From a virus: a stretch of 63,082 nucleotides of DNA. This document shows, one piece after another, positions 8,271 to 16,004 of the stretch. The stretch's first letter is position 1. Each line of letters opens with the position of its first letter. The translations under genes were made by a program, and so were the position numbers. The stretch spans positions 1 through 63,082 of IMG/VR virus record IMGVR_UViG_3300025229_000020. The stretch is one strand, 5' to 3'. A model generated the notes under the pieces. That model saw only the letters and a list, made by a program, of their open reading frames with translations, made no database searches and was not told the origin of the DNA.

Positions 8271-8298
8271 TTGTCCAAATCAACATCATGTGGGACAA
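8271..8298. promoter_or_regulatory. Inverted repeat TTGTCC-N16-GGACAA upstream of 8347 gene
   Basis: 6-bp arms overlap the -35 position of a TAAAAT (8300-8305) -10 element that lacks a good -35. This is the layout expected for an activator box. Confidence 0.4.
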
Positions 8299-8346
8299 TT
8301 AAAATAGACATACAAGAACGTTTGTTCTCATCGGAGGGGTTATTTT

Positions 8347-8553
8347 ATGGATGCAACGTTAAAAAACAATATGGATGACAATGTAACTAACTCTGCAGAT
8401 GATAAAGAGAGAAAATGGACAACCCAAACTTTAAACACTTGTTTTTGGATATTTGAATCTGATGAACCAGAAGCACTTGAGCTTAGAGAAAAACTGATAG
8501 CGGTGCTTACGCCAGAGCAAAGAAAGAAAATGGAGGCCATCCTGCAAACGTAG
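8347..8553 (+). CDS. Small acidic hypothetical protein
   Basis: 68 aa; RBS GGAGGGG; divergent from the peptide gene; ends inside a strong terminator. Confidence 0.6.
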   Translation: MDATLKNNMDDNVTNSADDKERKWTTQTLNTCFWIFESDEPEALELREKLIAVLTPEQRKKMEAILQT

Positions 8554-8569
8554 GATAGGCCTCCTTTTT
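8532..8569. terminator. Bidirectional rho-independent terminator
   Basis: GGAGGCCATCCT-gcaaacgt-AGGATaGGCCTCC followed by T5; lies between convergent genes 8347..8553 and 8568..8954. Confidence 0.85.
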
Positions 8570-8954
8570 ACTTTACGCTGTCGATGATCTTCAACCATGA
8601 ATCGATTTGATCATCTGACATTTCTTTTATCAATTCAATTAATCTTTTTCTCTTATCAGAAACGGTTGGATCCTCTAATGCAGAATTAAGGGGATCTATT
8701 CCGTCATCAGAAATAAATCCTGCAGCTTTCATTAGGTCTTCATATGGATAGTCATAGGCCAAAGCTAATTTTCGTAATGTGTCTGGTGATGGAGATATTG
8801 GGCCTTTGCTGCGTGAGCTTTGATTTATTTCTATAGATCGGATGTATGAAAAACTCATACCAGTCTTATCAGCTACCTGACGTAGGGTGAGTTTTTTCTC
8901 TTTTCTTATCTTTTCAAGAAGAGAACCTAATTGATTTCTCATCATCATATCCAC
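8568..8954 (-). CDS. CI-like phage repressor (XRE HTH, no recognisable S24 peptidase domain)
   Basis: 128 aa; KLTLRQVADKTGMSFSYIRSIEIN HTH; divergent from a Cro-like gene across an operator-rich region. The start is probably one of the ATGs at 8942-8948 (RBS AAAGGTGG). Confidence 0.75.
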   Translation of the reverse strand: MDMMMRNQLGSLLEKIRKEKKLTLRQVADKTGMSFSYIRSIEINQSSRSKGPISPSPDTLRKLALAYDYPYEDLMKAAGFISDDGIDPLNSALEDPTVSDKRKRLIELIKEMSDDQIDSWLKIIDSVK

Positions 8955-8957
8955 CTT

Positions 8958-8998
8958 TTGTATTGTTTACAGTACATATTGTACAGTTTGCAGTACAA
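8958..8998. promoter_or_regulatory. Two tandem 20-bp operators (family members 2 and 3)
   Basis: TTGTATTGTT-TACAGTACAT (8958-8977) and TTGTACAGTT-TGCAGTACAA (8979-8998), 21 bp centre to centre. Confidence 0.6.
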
Positions 8999-9044
8999 AT
9001 TTAGAAGAGGAGCATGTGTTCGTGTAGAATTTTGCGTTAAATCG

Positions 9045-9073
9045 TTGACATTATGTTCTGCTAGCAGTACAAT
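9045..9073 (+). promoter_or_regulatory. PR-like early promoter
   Basis: TTGACA (9045-9050), 17 nt, TACAAT (9068-9073). Confidence 0.75.
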
Positions 9074-9093
9074 TTGTGCTGTAGACAGAACTA
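9053..9093. promoter_or_regulatory. Two tandem 20-bp operators (family members 4 and 5) over the PR-like promoter
   Basis: ATGTTCTGCT-AGCAGTACAA (9053-9072) and TTGTGCTGTA-GACAGAACTA (9074-9093), 21 bp apart. Confidence 0.6.
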
Positions 9094-9120
9094 AATGAAT
9101 GAGTATTTGTACATAGATGG

Positions 9121-9423
9121 ATGGTGAATGTAATGAGGAGCAATAAAGTTTGGGAACTTCGGCAAGAGTACGGCGTTACGCAGGAAGAATTAGCATCTGC
9201 ATGTGGAATTAGTCGATCTTCAGTGACTGAGATCGAACGCGGACACACTCCAGCAGGAGACGTTGTGCTTAAAATATCAGCATTTTTCAATAAAGACCCC
9301 CGGTATATTTTCTATGCACGTTCTGTTCTGTTTACAGCACAAGACGTTAAGGCAAAAAAACTTCAAAAGCAAAAGGAGCGAATGCAGGATGACAGCAACA
9401 GAAGCAAATCGTCGACAGGCTGA
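9121..9423 (+). CDS. Cro-like XRE HTH regulator
   Basis: VTQEELASACGISRSSVTEIERGHTPAGDVVLKISAFF; the start may be ATG 9133. Confidence 0.75.
   Translation: MVNVMRSNKVWELRQEYGVTQEELASACGISRSSVTEIERGHTPAGDVVLKISAFFNKDPRYIFYARSVLFTAQDVKAKKLQKQKERMQDDSNRSKSSTG
9323..9342. promoter_or_regulatory. 20-bp operator (family member 6)
   Basis: CTGTTCTGTT-TACAGCACAA, inside the 3' part of the Cro-like CDS. Confidence 0.5.
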
Positions 9424-9574
9424 AATCTGGGCAAGGGATCTGCAACACGAAAACGACTTGATGAGACCCGTATCAAGTGACGATGTATGCCAGGACTTCT
9501 CAGAGCGTGTTTTAGCGTTCTGCGAGCGGTACGGGGTAGATTGTTCGCTAGAACCTGTAGAACGTCCAGAATAA
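9389..9574 (+). CDS. Hypothetical protein
   Basis: 61 aa starting MTATEANRRQ; RBS AAAGGAG 9372-9378; this is the internal start of track ORF 9263..9574. Confidence 0.55.
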   Translation: MTATEANRRQAEIWARDLQHENDLMRPVSSDDVCQDFSERVLAFCERYGVDCSLEPVERPE

Positions 9575-9603
9575 GCCAATAGACGGCGAAAGGGGGATGC
9601 TAG

Positions 9604-9843
9604 ATGAAAGAAGCTTTTGATAAGTTGGATGAGTTGGAAAAGAATCGGGGTTTGATAGCAAAGAGCCTAAAGACAGCGCAGAGTGTGTTGGAGAAAACAA
9701 AGGAAGCCCGTCGCAATGCAGAGTCAACGGAAATCGACGCTCAACGTCTGGTGAATCACATCCAAGACGAATTGAATGAAACTGACAAAGAGATAGGGCG
9801 ACTAATGCAGATCGCTCGGAACGAATTGGGGGGTGACATGTGA
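9604..9843 (+). CDS. Coiled-coil hypothetical protein
   Basis: 79 aa with heptad-rich sequence; RBS AAGGGGGA. Confidence 0.6.
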   Translation: MKEAFDKLDELEKNRGLIAKSLKTAQSVLEKTKEARRNAESTEIDAQRLVNHIQDELNETDKEIGRLMQIARNELGGDM

Positions 9844-10031
9844 TGCTCGACAGATTCGCGCAAGGCTTACCAGATTCACAGGAATCCAAGGTAGTTGAGC
9901 ACTGCGAGGAATGCGGTGGAGAAATTTACGAGGGCCAATCCGTTTGGAAGGCAGGAAGCGATTTCTTCTGCTGTCGTGGTTGTATGCTGACAAATATCGG
10001 AGCTGTGCCAATTACAGCTGGGGAGGAATAA
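9843..10031 (+). CDS. Small Cys-rich (zinc-finger-like) protein
   Basis: CEECGG...CCRGC; start coupled to the upstream stop (ATGTGATG). Confidence 0.55.
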   Translation: MLDRFAQGLPDSQESKVVEHCEECGGEIYEGQSVWKAGSDFFCCRGCMLTNIGAVPITAGEE

Positions 10032-10034
10032 AAA

Positions 10035-10268
10035 GTGCCAAATGTTTTCTTCAATCAAGCAGTTGGAACCAGCAGTGATATCAAGGCCATCGAGCGCTTT
10101 GAAAGTTTCTTGGATGATAACCATGCCGTGATTGCTCAGAATCTTCACGAACAGCTTCTTGAATTCCATTCAGATATTGATCGTGAGGTCGAGGAAAAGA
10201 TATCGGAATTGCAAGAGAGAATCGAAGAATTGGAAGAACGAGTAAAAGAGCTTGAAGACGAAGAATAA
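10035..10268 (+). CDS. Acidic coiled-coil hypothetical protein
   Basis: 77 aa; GTG start after GGGGAGGA. Confidence 0.55.
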   Translation: MPNVFFNQAVGTSSDIKAIERFESFLDDNHAVIAQNLHEQLLEFHSDIDREVEEKISELQERIEELEERVKELEDEE

Positions 10269-10452
10269 CACAGGCTTCGGCCTGTCGCGGAGGCATCGAG
10301 AAAGAACCCGCACAGTTCTTCCATATCGCTCGATGCTTCCGCAAGTGGTCGAAACCACAGATCGAGGTACAGCAGGCGTGTTCAACGGAGACACATGGCT
10401 CCCTGAGAGGTAGGGCTGGGGGCACCTCGATTTAGATAGGAGGATAAAGAAA

Positions 10453-10635
10453 ATGACAGCTAAATTGCAAGAAAAGCCACGCCGAGTAAACCCGGAAAAA
10501 CTCTCAACTTCAGAGTTGGTACGGATGATTCAGTCTGGACGCCAGGTTGATGAGTGTAAAAGCGAATGGCAGTATCGCTGGGGCCTGGATTACCCGATGT
10601 ACCGTGTCGGCGATGATGTGAAGTCCTATATCTAA
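10453..10635 (+). CDS. Hypothetical protein
   Basis: 60 aa; RBS TAGGAGGA. Confidence 0.55.
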   Translation: MTAKLQEKPRRVNPEKLSTSELVRMIQSGRQVDECKSEWQYRWGLDYPMYRVGDDVKSYI

Positions 10636-10655
10636 TCAAAATGGAGTGAGGATTC

Positions 10656-11525
10656 ATGACAATGCAACAATTCGATCCATCGCAGTATATGCCTGCACCA
10701 TCTGATCAAAGGTCCGTCACTGCTCAGGCAATGACTGGGCGCCAGGCACAGGAAGTCCAAATGATGTTATTCGCTGCAAAGCAATTCCCGCGAGATGTGA
10801 ATGTAGCATACGCCAACATCGTTAAGGCATGTAGCCGCAAGATCCTGGCCGAAACGGCGATGTACGAATATCCGCGGGGCGGCCAAAAGGTAACCGGCCC
10901 ATCCATTCGCCTTGCAGAAGTTCTCGCACAGAATTGGGGGAACATTGATTTTGGAGTGATCGAGCTGGAGCAGAAAAACGGCGAGTCCTCCATGATGGCG
11001 TATGCCTGGGATCTGGAAACGAACACGCGGCAGACCAAGATTTTCACAGTGAAGCATGAACGAATGGCAAAGGGTTCTGTAAACAAACTGAATGATCCGC
11101 GCGACATTTACGAGATGACGGCAAACCAAGGCTCTCGCAGGGTCCGGGCCTGCATCCTCGGAGTAATACCTGGTGACATCGTGGAGGCAGCTATCAAACA
11201 ATGCGAGATCACGCTCACGAGCGGGCACAAGGAGCCTCTTTCGGATCGAGTCAGACAAGCACTGGTCCTGTTTGAAAAGGATCACGGCGTCTCCAAAGAA
11301 ATGATCGAGAAGTTCGCCGGTTGCAAAGTGGAGGCTTTTACCGAGCAGGATCTTTTGAAAATCGGCCGTGTTTATAACTCCCTGAAGGACGGCATGTCGA
11401 AGCGTGAAGATTACTTCGAAATTCGTGTTTCTCAGGATGTAGGATCGAAAGCCGAAGAGCAATTCAAGCAACAACAGCAAGGACAAGGCGGTGCAAAACT
11501 TGATGCTGGAGCTGAACAACAGTAA
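10656..11525 (+). CDS. Putative single-strand annealing / recombination protein (family not recognised)
   Basis: 289 aa; sits directly upstream of the nuclease and SSB, which is the classical SSAP position; Gln-rich tail. Confidence 0.4.
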   Translation: MTMQQFDPSQYMPAPSDQRSVTAQAMTGRQAQEVQMMLFAAKQFPRDVNVAYANIVKACSRKILAETAMYEYPRGGQKVTGPSIRLAEVLAQNWGNIDFGVIELEQKNGESSMMAYAWDLETNTRQTKIFTVKHERMAKGSVNKLNDPRDIYEMTANQGSRRVRACILGVIPGDIVEAAIKQCEITLTSGHKEPLSDRVRQALVLFEKDHGVSKEMIEKFAGCKVEAFTEQDLLKIGRVYNSLKDGMSKREDYFEIRVSQDVGSKAEEQFKQQQQGQGGAKLDAGAEQQ

Positions 11526-12291
11526 CTACTATTCTCTTGAAGCTGACCAGGCGTACATGAGCAACAGCCAGTACAAAGACTTCATTGACTGCGAGGCAAG
11601 AGCAATGGCCAAGCTGTCGGGTGCATGGAACGAGCCGCCAAGCGAGGCAATGCTCCTCGGTAATTATGTACATGCCTGGTCTGACGGAACGTTGGAAGAG
11701 TTCAAAAAGACGACTCCTGAACTCTTTACCCAAAAAGGAGAGCTCTACGCCAAATACAATATCGCTGACAAGATGATTGATAAATTGGCAAATGACCCGT
11801 TCATTATGTTCCTGCTGCAGGGAGAGAAGGAAAAAATCATCACTGCGGAATTCGCGGGCGCAATTTGGAAGGCAAAGCTAGACGTCCGGAATGAAGAAGG
11901 GGAGCGGATCTCAGACATAAAAACGGTGAGGGATATTCGAGGCAAGCACTGGGACAAGGATCTCGGCTACTACGTCTCGTTCGTGGAAGCATTCGGGTAC
12001 CTGCGTCAAATGGCACTTTATGCTGAGTTGGAACGCCTTTATTACGGCCACAGCCATTGGTATGACCCATACATCATTGCTGTTTCAAAGGAAGATCCAC
12101 CGGACAAGGAAGTAATCAGCATGGACACACACCGGATGGAAGAAGAACTGGAAGAGATCGAACGCCGCATGCCGCGGGTCCTTGAAGTGAAGTATGGAAT
12201 TGCGGAACCTAAGCGATGCGGAACATGCCGGTATTGCCGGGAAACGAAGCAATTGAGCAAGGTAGTCCATTATATGGACCTCCTTGTGTAA
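11491..12291 (+). CDS. PD-(D/E)XK exonuclease with Cas4-like Cys cluster
   Basis: ISDIKTVRD (D/E-x-K), N-terminal Cys (DFIDCEA) plus C-terminal CGTCRYC. Confidence 0.7.
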   Translation: MQNLMLELNNSNYYSLEADQAYMSNSQYKDFIDCEARAMAKLSGAWNEPPSEAMLLGNYVHAWSDGTLEEFKKTTPELFTQKGELYAKYNIADKMIDKLANDPFIMFLLQGEKEKIITAEFAGAIWKAKLDVRNEEGERISDIKTVRDIRGKHWDKDLGYYVSFVEAFGYLRQMALYAELERLYYGHSHWYDPYIIAVSKEDPPDKEVISMDTHRMEEELEEIERRMPRVLEVKYGIAEPKRCGTCRYCRETKQLSKVVHYMDLLV

Positions 12292-12747
12292 ATGGAGGCG
12301 GAGCAATTGAACAAAACTTTTCTTATAGGCAACCTTACGAAAGACCCTGAGCTACGGTACACACCGAATGAAATCGCAGTCTGTACATTCACTCTGGCAA
12401 TTAACCGTCCGAGACGAGGAGAAAATCAAGAGAGTGATTTTATCAACATCGTTGTTTGGCAGAAGCTTGCTGAAGTAGCAGCTGAGCACCTCAAAAAGGG
12501 GAGGCAGTGCGCGGTAGATGGTCGGATCCAAACACGCAACTATGACAACAAGGAAGGCAAGCGTGTATATGTGACAGAGGTAGTTGCCGAAAACATTAAA
12601 TTCCTTGGCAGCAGAGGAAACGATAACAGCAGCAATGGAGATCAGCGATCAGATCGGGGAGCTGATAAAGTCGGCGAGCCATTTGGAGATCCGTTCTCTA
12701 ACTCTGGACAACCTATCAACATTTCGGACGAAGACCTTCCTTTCTAA
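12292..12747 (+). CDS. ssb: Single-stranded DNA-binding protein
   Basis: NKTFLIGNLTKDPELRYTP...FINIVVWQKLAE OB fold; acidic C-terminal tip DEDLPF. Confidence 0.95.
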   Translation: MEAEQLNKTFLIGNLTKDPELRYTPNEIAVCTFTLAINRPRRGENQESDFINIVVWQKLAEVAAEHLKKGRQCAVDGRIQTRNYDNKEGKRVYVTEVVAENIKFLGSRGNDNSSNGDQRSDRGADKVGEPFGDPFSNSGQPINISDEDLPF

Positions 12748-12774
12748 CAGAAAAGTCAAGTGGGGGATAGAAAA

Positions 12775-13728
12775 ATGAAAATCCGCGATATGAAGCCAGG
12801 TGATCAACTCACCGGCTTCTACCTTCTGAAAACTGTGAAGGTTGGTGAAACAAGCAGAGGAAGCAAATTCCTAGACTTGACTCTTGGAGACAAGACAGGA
12901 GAGATCAATGCAAAGCTTTGGGACGCCACACCTGAACAAGAAGCCACGTACAAACCCTCTACGCTGGTAAAGGTACAAGCCAGCGTAGAGACCTACCAAG
13001 ATAAACTCCAGCTGAAGATCATCCGCATTCGCCAGGCTGACCTGGCTGATGGCGTAGCCGTTACCGACTTCATCAAATCGGCTCCTGCAGATCCAATTTC
13101 GCTATTGAACATCATCACCGAGACAGCAGAGAAGCTAGGTGATTCCGTCCTGAAAACGATCGTACAGGATTGCTTAGGACGAGTCACAGAAAGGCTTGTG
13201 TCATTTCCGGCGGCAAAGTCAGCTCACCACAATTACCACTCAGGCCTTGCTTACCACACTGTCCGCATGTTGGAGTTGGCCGACTTCATCTGCAAGCAGC
13301 GCCCGTTTCTTAACCCTGACATGCTGAAAGCAGCCATTATCCTTCACGACATTGCAAAAACGGAAGAATACGAAGCTGAAAACGGCATTGCCACAGGATT
13401 CAGCACTCGAGGTAGTCTGATCGGGCATATCAGTTTGGCATACGGTTGGATCCTAGAAGCCTGCTTACACAACGGAATTGATCAGCACAGCGAGACAGTA
13501 ACGCTCCTGCAGCATACGATTCTTGCTCACCACGGCCAGTTGGAATGGGGATCACCGGTCCAGCCGCAGACACCAGAAGCAGTGTCCATCCATTTCATTG
13601 ATCAACTGGATGCCAAGCTGCAGGCAGTGGAAGACGCGCTGTCGGAAGTTCCAGATGGTGAACAATGGACCAGGCAGTTGTTTATTTTGGACAGAGCGCG
13701 TGTGTACAAGGTTGGTGGTAAGGTATGA
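12775..13728 (+). CDS. OB-fold + HD-domain phosphohydrolase (YhaM-like 3'-5' exonuclease)
   Basis: N-terminal OB region (FYLLKTVKVGETSRGSKFLDLTLGDKTGEINAKLW), HD motifs HHNYHSGLAYHT and ILHDIAK; RBS GTGGGGGA. Confidence 0.75.
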   Translation: MKIRDMKPGDQLTGFYLLKTVKVGETSRGSKFLDLTLGDKTGEINAKLWDATPEQEATYKPSTLVKVQASVETYQDKLQLKIIRIRQADLADGVAVTDFIKSAPADPISLLNIITETAEKLGDSVLKTIVQDCLGRVTERLVSFPAAKSAHHNYHSGLAYHTVRMLELADFICKQRPFLNPDMLKAAIILHDIAKTEEYEAENGIATGFSTRGSLIGHISLAYGWILEACLHNGIDQHSETVTLLQHTILAHHGQLEWGSPVQPQTPEAVSIHFIDQLDAKLQAVEDALSEVPDGEQWTRQLFILDRARVYKVGGKV

Positions 13729-14063
13729 CCGAGCAACAGATCATTGAAACGATGGCAACGATGGTGATGGGGTGGAGGGAAGGAGTAGACGCCTGGGGAT
13801 TTCCCTCTTGGTACAAAGACAGGGAGTGTTTGGTTCACAAAGATAAATGGAACCCACTCCAAAACATATCCGATGCGTGGCAAGTGGTAGAGAAGATGAA
13901 GGCGCTTGGATGGCGTTATGCCCTAGCAAATAAAACAGGTATGGGTGATGTTTGCTGCTACTTCTTCGATGACAACACAAAACCATTCATCCACTATGCC
14001 TCAAGAGAAGAAGAAGCGATCTGCAAATCTGCATTAAAAACTGTAGGGGTGGAAGTTGAATGA
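13725..14063 (+). CDS. Hypothetical protein (paralog-like of 24764..25087)
   Basis: 112 aa; shares the GW...W.PL/W..M..v.E motif layout with 24764..25087. Confidence 0.55.
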   Translation: MTEQQIIETMATMVMGWREGVDAWGFPSWYKDRECLVHKDKWNPLQNISDAWQVVEKMKALGWRYALANKTGMGDVCCYFFDDNTKPFIHYASREEEAICKSALKTVGVEVE

Positions 14064-14224
14064 AAAACGGAAGACGACTCACACGCAGCGAAATGCAGCT
14101 GATCAAGGCTACGCAGCCCAGTCTGAACGTATCTGACTACCTCCGGGTGAAAAGAAACGGAAACGTACTGACTTTGGTTCATCGACACACCAACACGATT
14201 CTGAAAGTTCCAGTAGCGCGATGA
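14060..14224 (+). CDS. Hypothetical 54-aa protein
   Basis: ATGA overlap with the upstream stop; open frame MKNGRRLTRSEMQLIKATQ... Confidence 0.4.
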   Translation: MKNGRRLTRSEMQLIKATQPSLNVSDYLRVKRNGNVLTLVHRHTNTILKVPVAR

Positions 14225-14391
14225 AAGGGCAGGTCTACATCATCCAGGGGATGCGCTGGGAGGTTACCAAAACCTTCTGGCGCAGAAAGGTCGAATGGGC
14301 ACAAATCAAGTGTTTGGATAAGCGGCGGAAGCATCGATCGGTGACGGTCGAGTTTTTGAAACTGATCGAGCGGGTGCGCCGGGTTTCATAG
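14221..14391 (+). CDS. Hypothetical 56-aa protein
   Basis: ATGA overlap; MKGQVYIIQGMRWEVTKTF... Confidence 0.4.
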   Translation: MKGQVYIIQGMRWEVTKTFWRRKVEWAQIKCLDKRRKHRSVTVEFLKLIERVRRVS

Positions 14392-14404
14392 GGAGTGAGA
14401 AAGC

Positions 14405-15247
14405 ATGAGCATCAAGTGGATTAAGATCACAACAACCATGTTTGACGACGAGAAAATAAAGCTTATCCGCAAACTTCCTGAAGCTGACAGTATTCTTTTG
14501 ACCTGGATTCAGCTATTGGTTCAAGCAGGAAAAGCAAATGCGAGCGGTAGCATCATTCTGAACGAGCGGATTCCTTACACAGAAGAGATGCTCGCCACAA
14601 TATTTGACAGACCGATCAACGTCATCCGGTTGGCTTTGAACACTTTCGAGCAGTTTGGAATGATCAACATCGAAAACGGCGTGATCACTATCTCAAACTG
14701 GGAAAAGCACCAAAACATTGATGGTCTGGACCGCATCCGAGAACAGGAACGAATAAGAAAGAAGCGCCAAAGGGAACGTCAGAAACTGCTCGCTGAAGGT
14801 TCCGAAGATTGTCCCGTGAATGTCCCGGGACATGTCCCGCAATGTCACGCAACAGATATAGATAAAGAATTAGATATAGAAAAAGAATTAAATAATAGCG
14901 TCACTGACGTTCCTGCTTTAAAAATTCCCTACAAGGAAATTGTCGATTACCTCAATTTGAAAGCAGGAACCAATTACAAATCTACTGGCAAGAAAACGCA
15001 ATCGCTTATAAGGGCTCGGTGGAATGAGGGATTTACACTGGAAGACTTTAAAAAAGTCATAGATAACAAAGTTGATGATGCCAACGACCCTAAGCACCTA
15101 TTTGACGCTCAATACTTACGACCAGAAACACTCTTCTCCAATAAATTTGAAGGCTACCTCAATCAAAGGGGGAGACAAAATGCTAGCACAACCGGACTTG
15201 ACCCAGATCGTGAGCGGCAGTATCGGAAAATTGGGCACTTCGAGTAG
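14405..15247 (+). CDS. Phage replisome organiser (DnaD-like)
   Basis: N-terminus WIKITTTMFDDEKIKLIRKLPEADSILLTWIQLLVQAGK is typical of the replisome-organiser N domain. The C-terminal IVDYLNLKAGTNYK...RARWNEGFTLEDFKKVID is the conserved phage C-terminal domain. Confidence 0.85.
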   Translation: MSIKWIKITTTMFDDEKIKLIRKLPEADSILLTWIQLLVQAGKANASGSIILNERIPYTEEMLATIFDRPINVIRLALNTFEQFGMINIENGVITISNWEKHQNIDGLDRIREQERIRKKRQRERQKLLAEGSEDCPVNVPGHVPQCHATDIDKELDIEKELNNSVTDVPALKIPYKEIVDYLNLKAGTNYKSTGKKTQSLIRARWNEGFTLEDFKKVIDNKVDDANDPKHLFDAQYLRPETLFSNKFEGYLNQRGRQNASTTGLDPDRERQYRKIGHFE

Positions 15248-16004
15248 GCATTGCACTGTCTGCGACACCTTTCTGGAAGCTAAAGAAATTGATATGCCGG
15301 GGCTGGGCAAGCAAACCGTCGCAGTGGCTTGCAAGTGTGAAACAGACCTCCTGAAGCAGAGGGAGAAGACAGCAGCTCTACGAGCGAGAAATGGCTACCT
15401 ACATACTTTCAGCGATGATGATCAGATGGTGGCCGGAGCAACGTTCGAAGCCTTTCAACCGAATCAAGGCACAGCAACCGGATTTCAGGTGGCCAAAGAC
15501 TTCGCCGAGAACATGGCGGAATGGGGTGCAAGAGGTTTTTACTGCTATGGAGACAATGGCAGCGGCAAGTCACACCTCCTTTCTGCAGTAACAAACTACC
15601 TCCGTAGCCGGGGTCACAGCGTAATCTATACCACGGGGATTAAGCTGATAGATCGAGCAAAGCCAACTTGGGCAAAGGCAGAAGTTCTGGAAGCATATCG
15701 ATCCTGCGACGTCCTGGTAATCGATGAGATCGGGGCAGACATCCCAGCAGACTGGGAGATAGGAGATTTGTTCACGGTGCTCAACTCCCGACAAGGACAG
15801 AAACCTATCTTGTATGGGTCGAATCTCACAATCAACGAACTGGAAGCCAAGATTAACGCCAAGCAAAAAGGTTGGGGAACACGCCTGATGGAGCGGATCA
15901 TTGCCGACACGGCAGGCCAGATCCAGATGAAGGCTGATAGCAAACGCTTTGACAAACATGCGGATAATCAACAATGGCTGCAAGGGAGGCTGAAGCAGAT
16001 ATGA
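15180..16004 (+). CDS. DnaC/IstB-like helicase loader ATPase
   Basis: Walker A GDNGSGKSH, Walker B DVLVIDEIG; RBS AAGGGGGAG; this is the internal start of track ORF 15072. Confidence 0.85.
   Translation: MLAQPDLTQIVSGSIGKLGTSSRHCTVCDTFLEAKEIDMPGLGKQTVAVACKCETDLLKQREKTAALRARNGYLHTFSDDDQMVAGATFEAFQPNQGTATGFQVAKDFAENMAEWGARGFYCYGDNGSGKSHLLSAVTNYLRSRGHSVIYTTGIKLIDRAKPTWAKAEVLEAYRSCDVLVIDEIGADIPADWEIGDLFTVLNSRQGQKPILYGSNLTINELEAKINAKQKGWGTRLMERIIADTAGQIQMKADSKRFDKHADNQQWLQGRLKQI

Noticed and set aside
7940-8302. 120-aa plus-strand ORF opposite the pro-peptide gene
   Set aside because: It begins inside the bidirectional terminator, has no RBS, and mirrors the better-supported minus-strand signal-peptide ORF. 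Its PPPLS repeats are the antisense reading of DSGGGW.
10767-11519. 250-aa minus-strand ORF, together with similar long antisense ORFs at 33297..33980, 37984..38820, 43839..44354 and 57878..58357
   Set aside because: Each lies fully inside a motif-supported gene on the other strand (SSAP-like protein, TerL, head fusion, chaperone, integrase), lacks an RBS, and breaks the operon logic.
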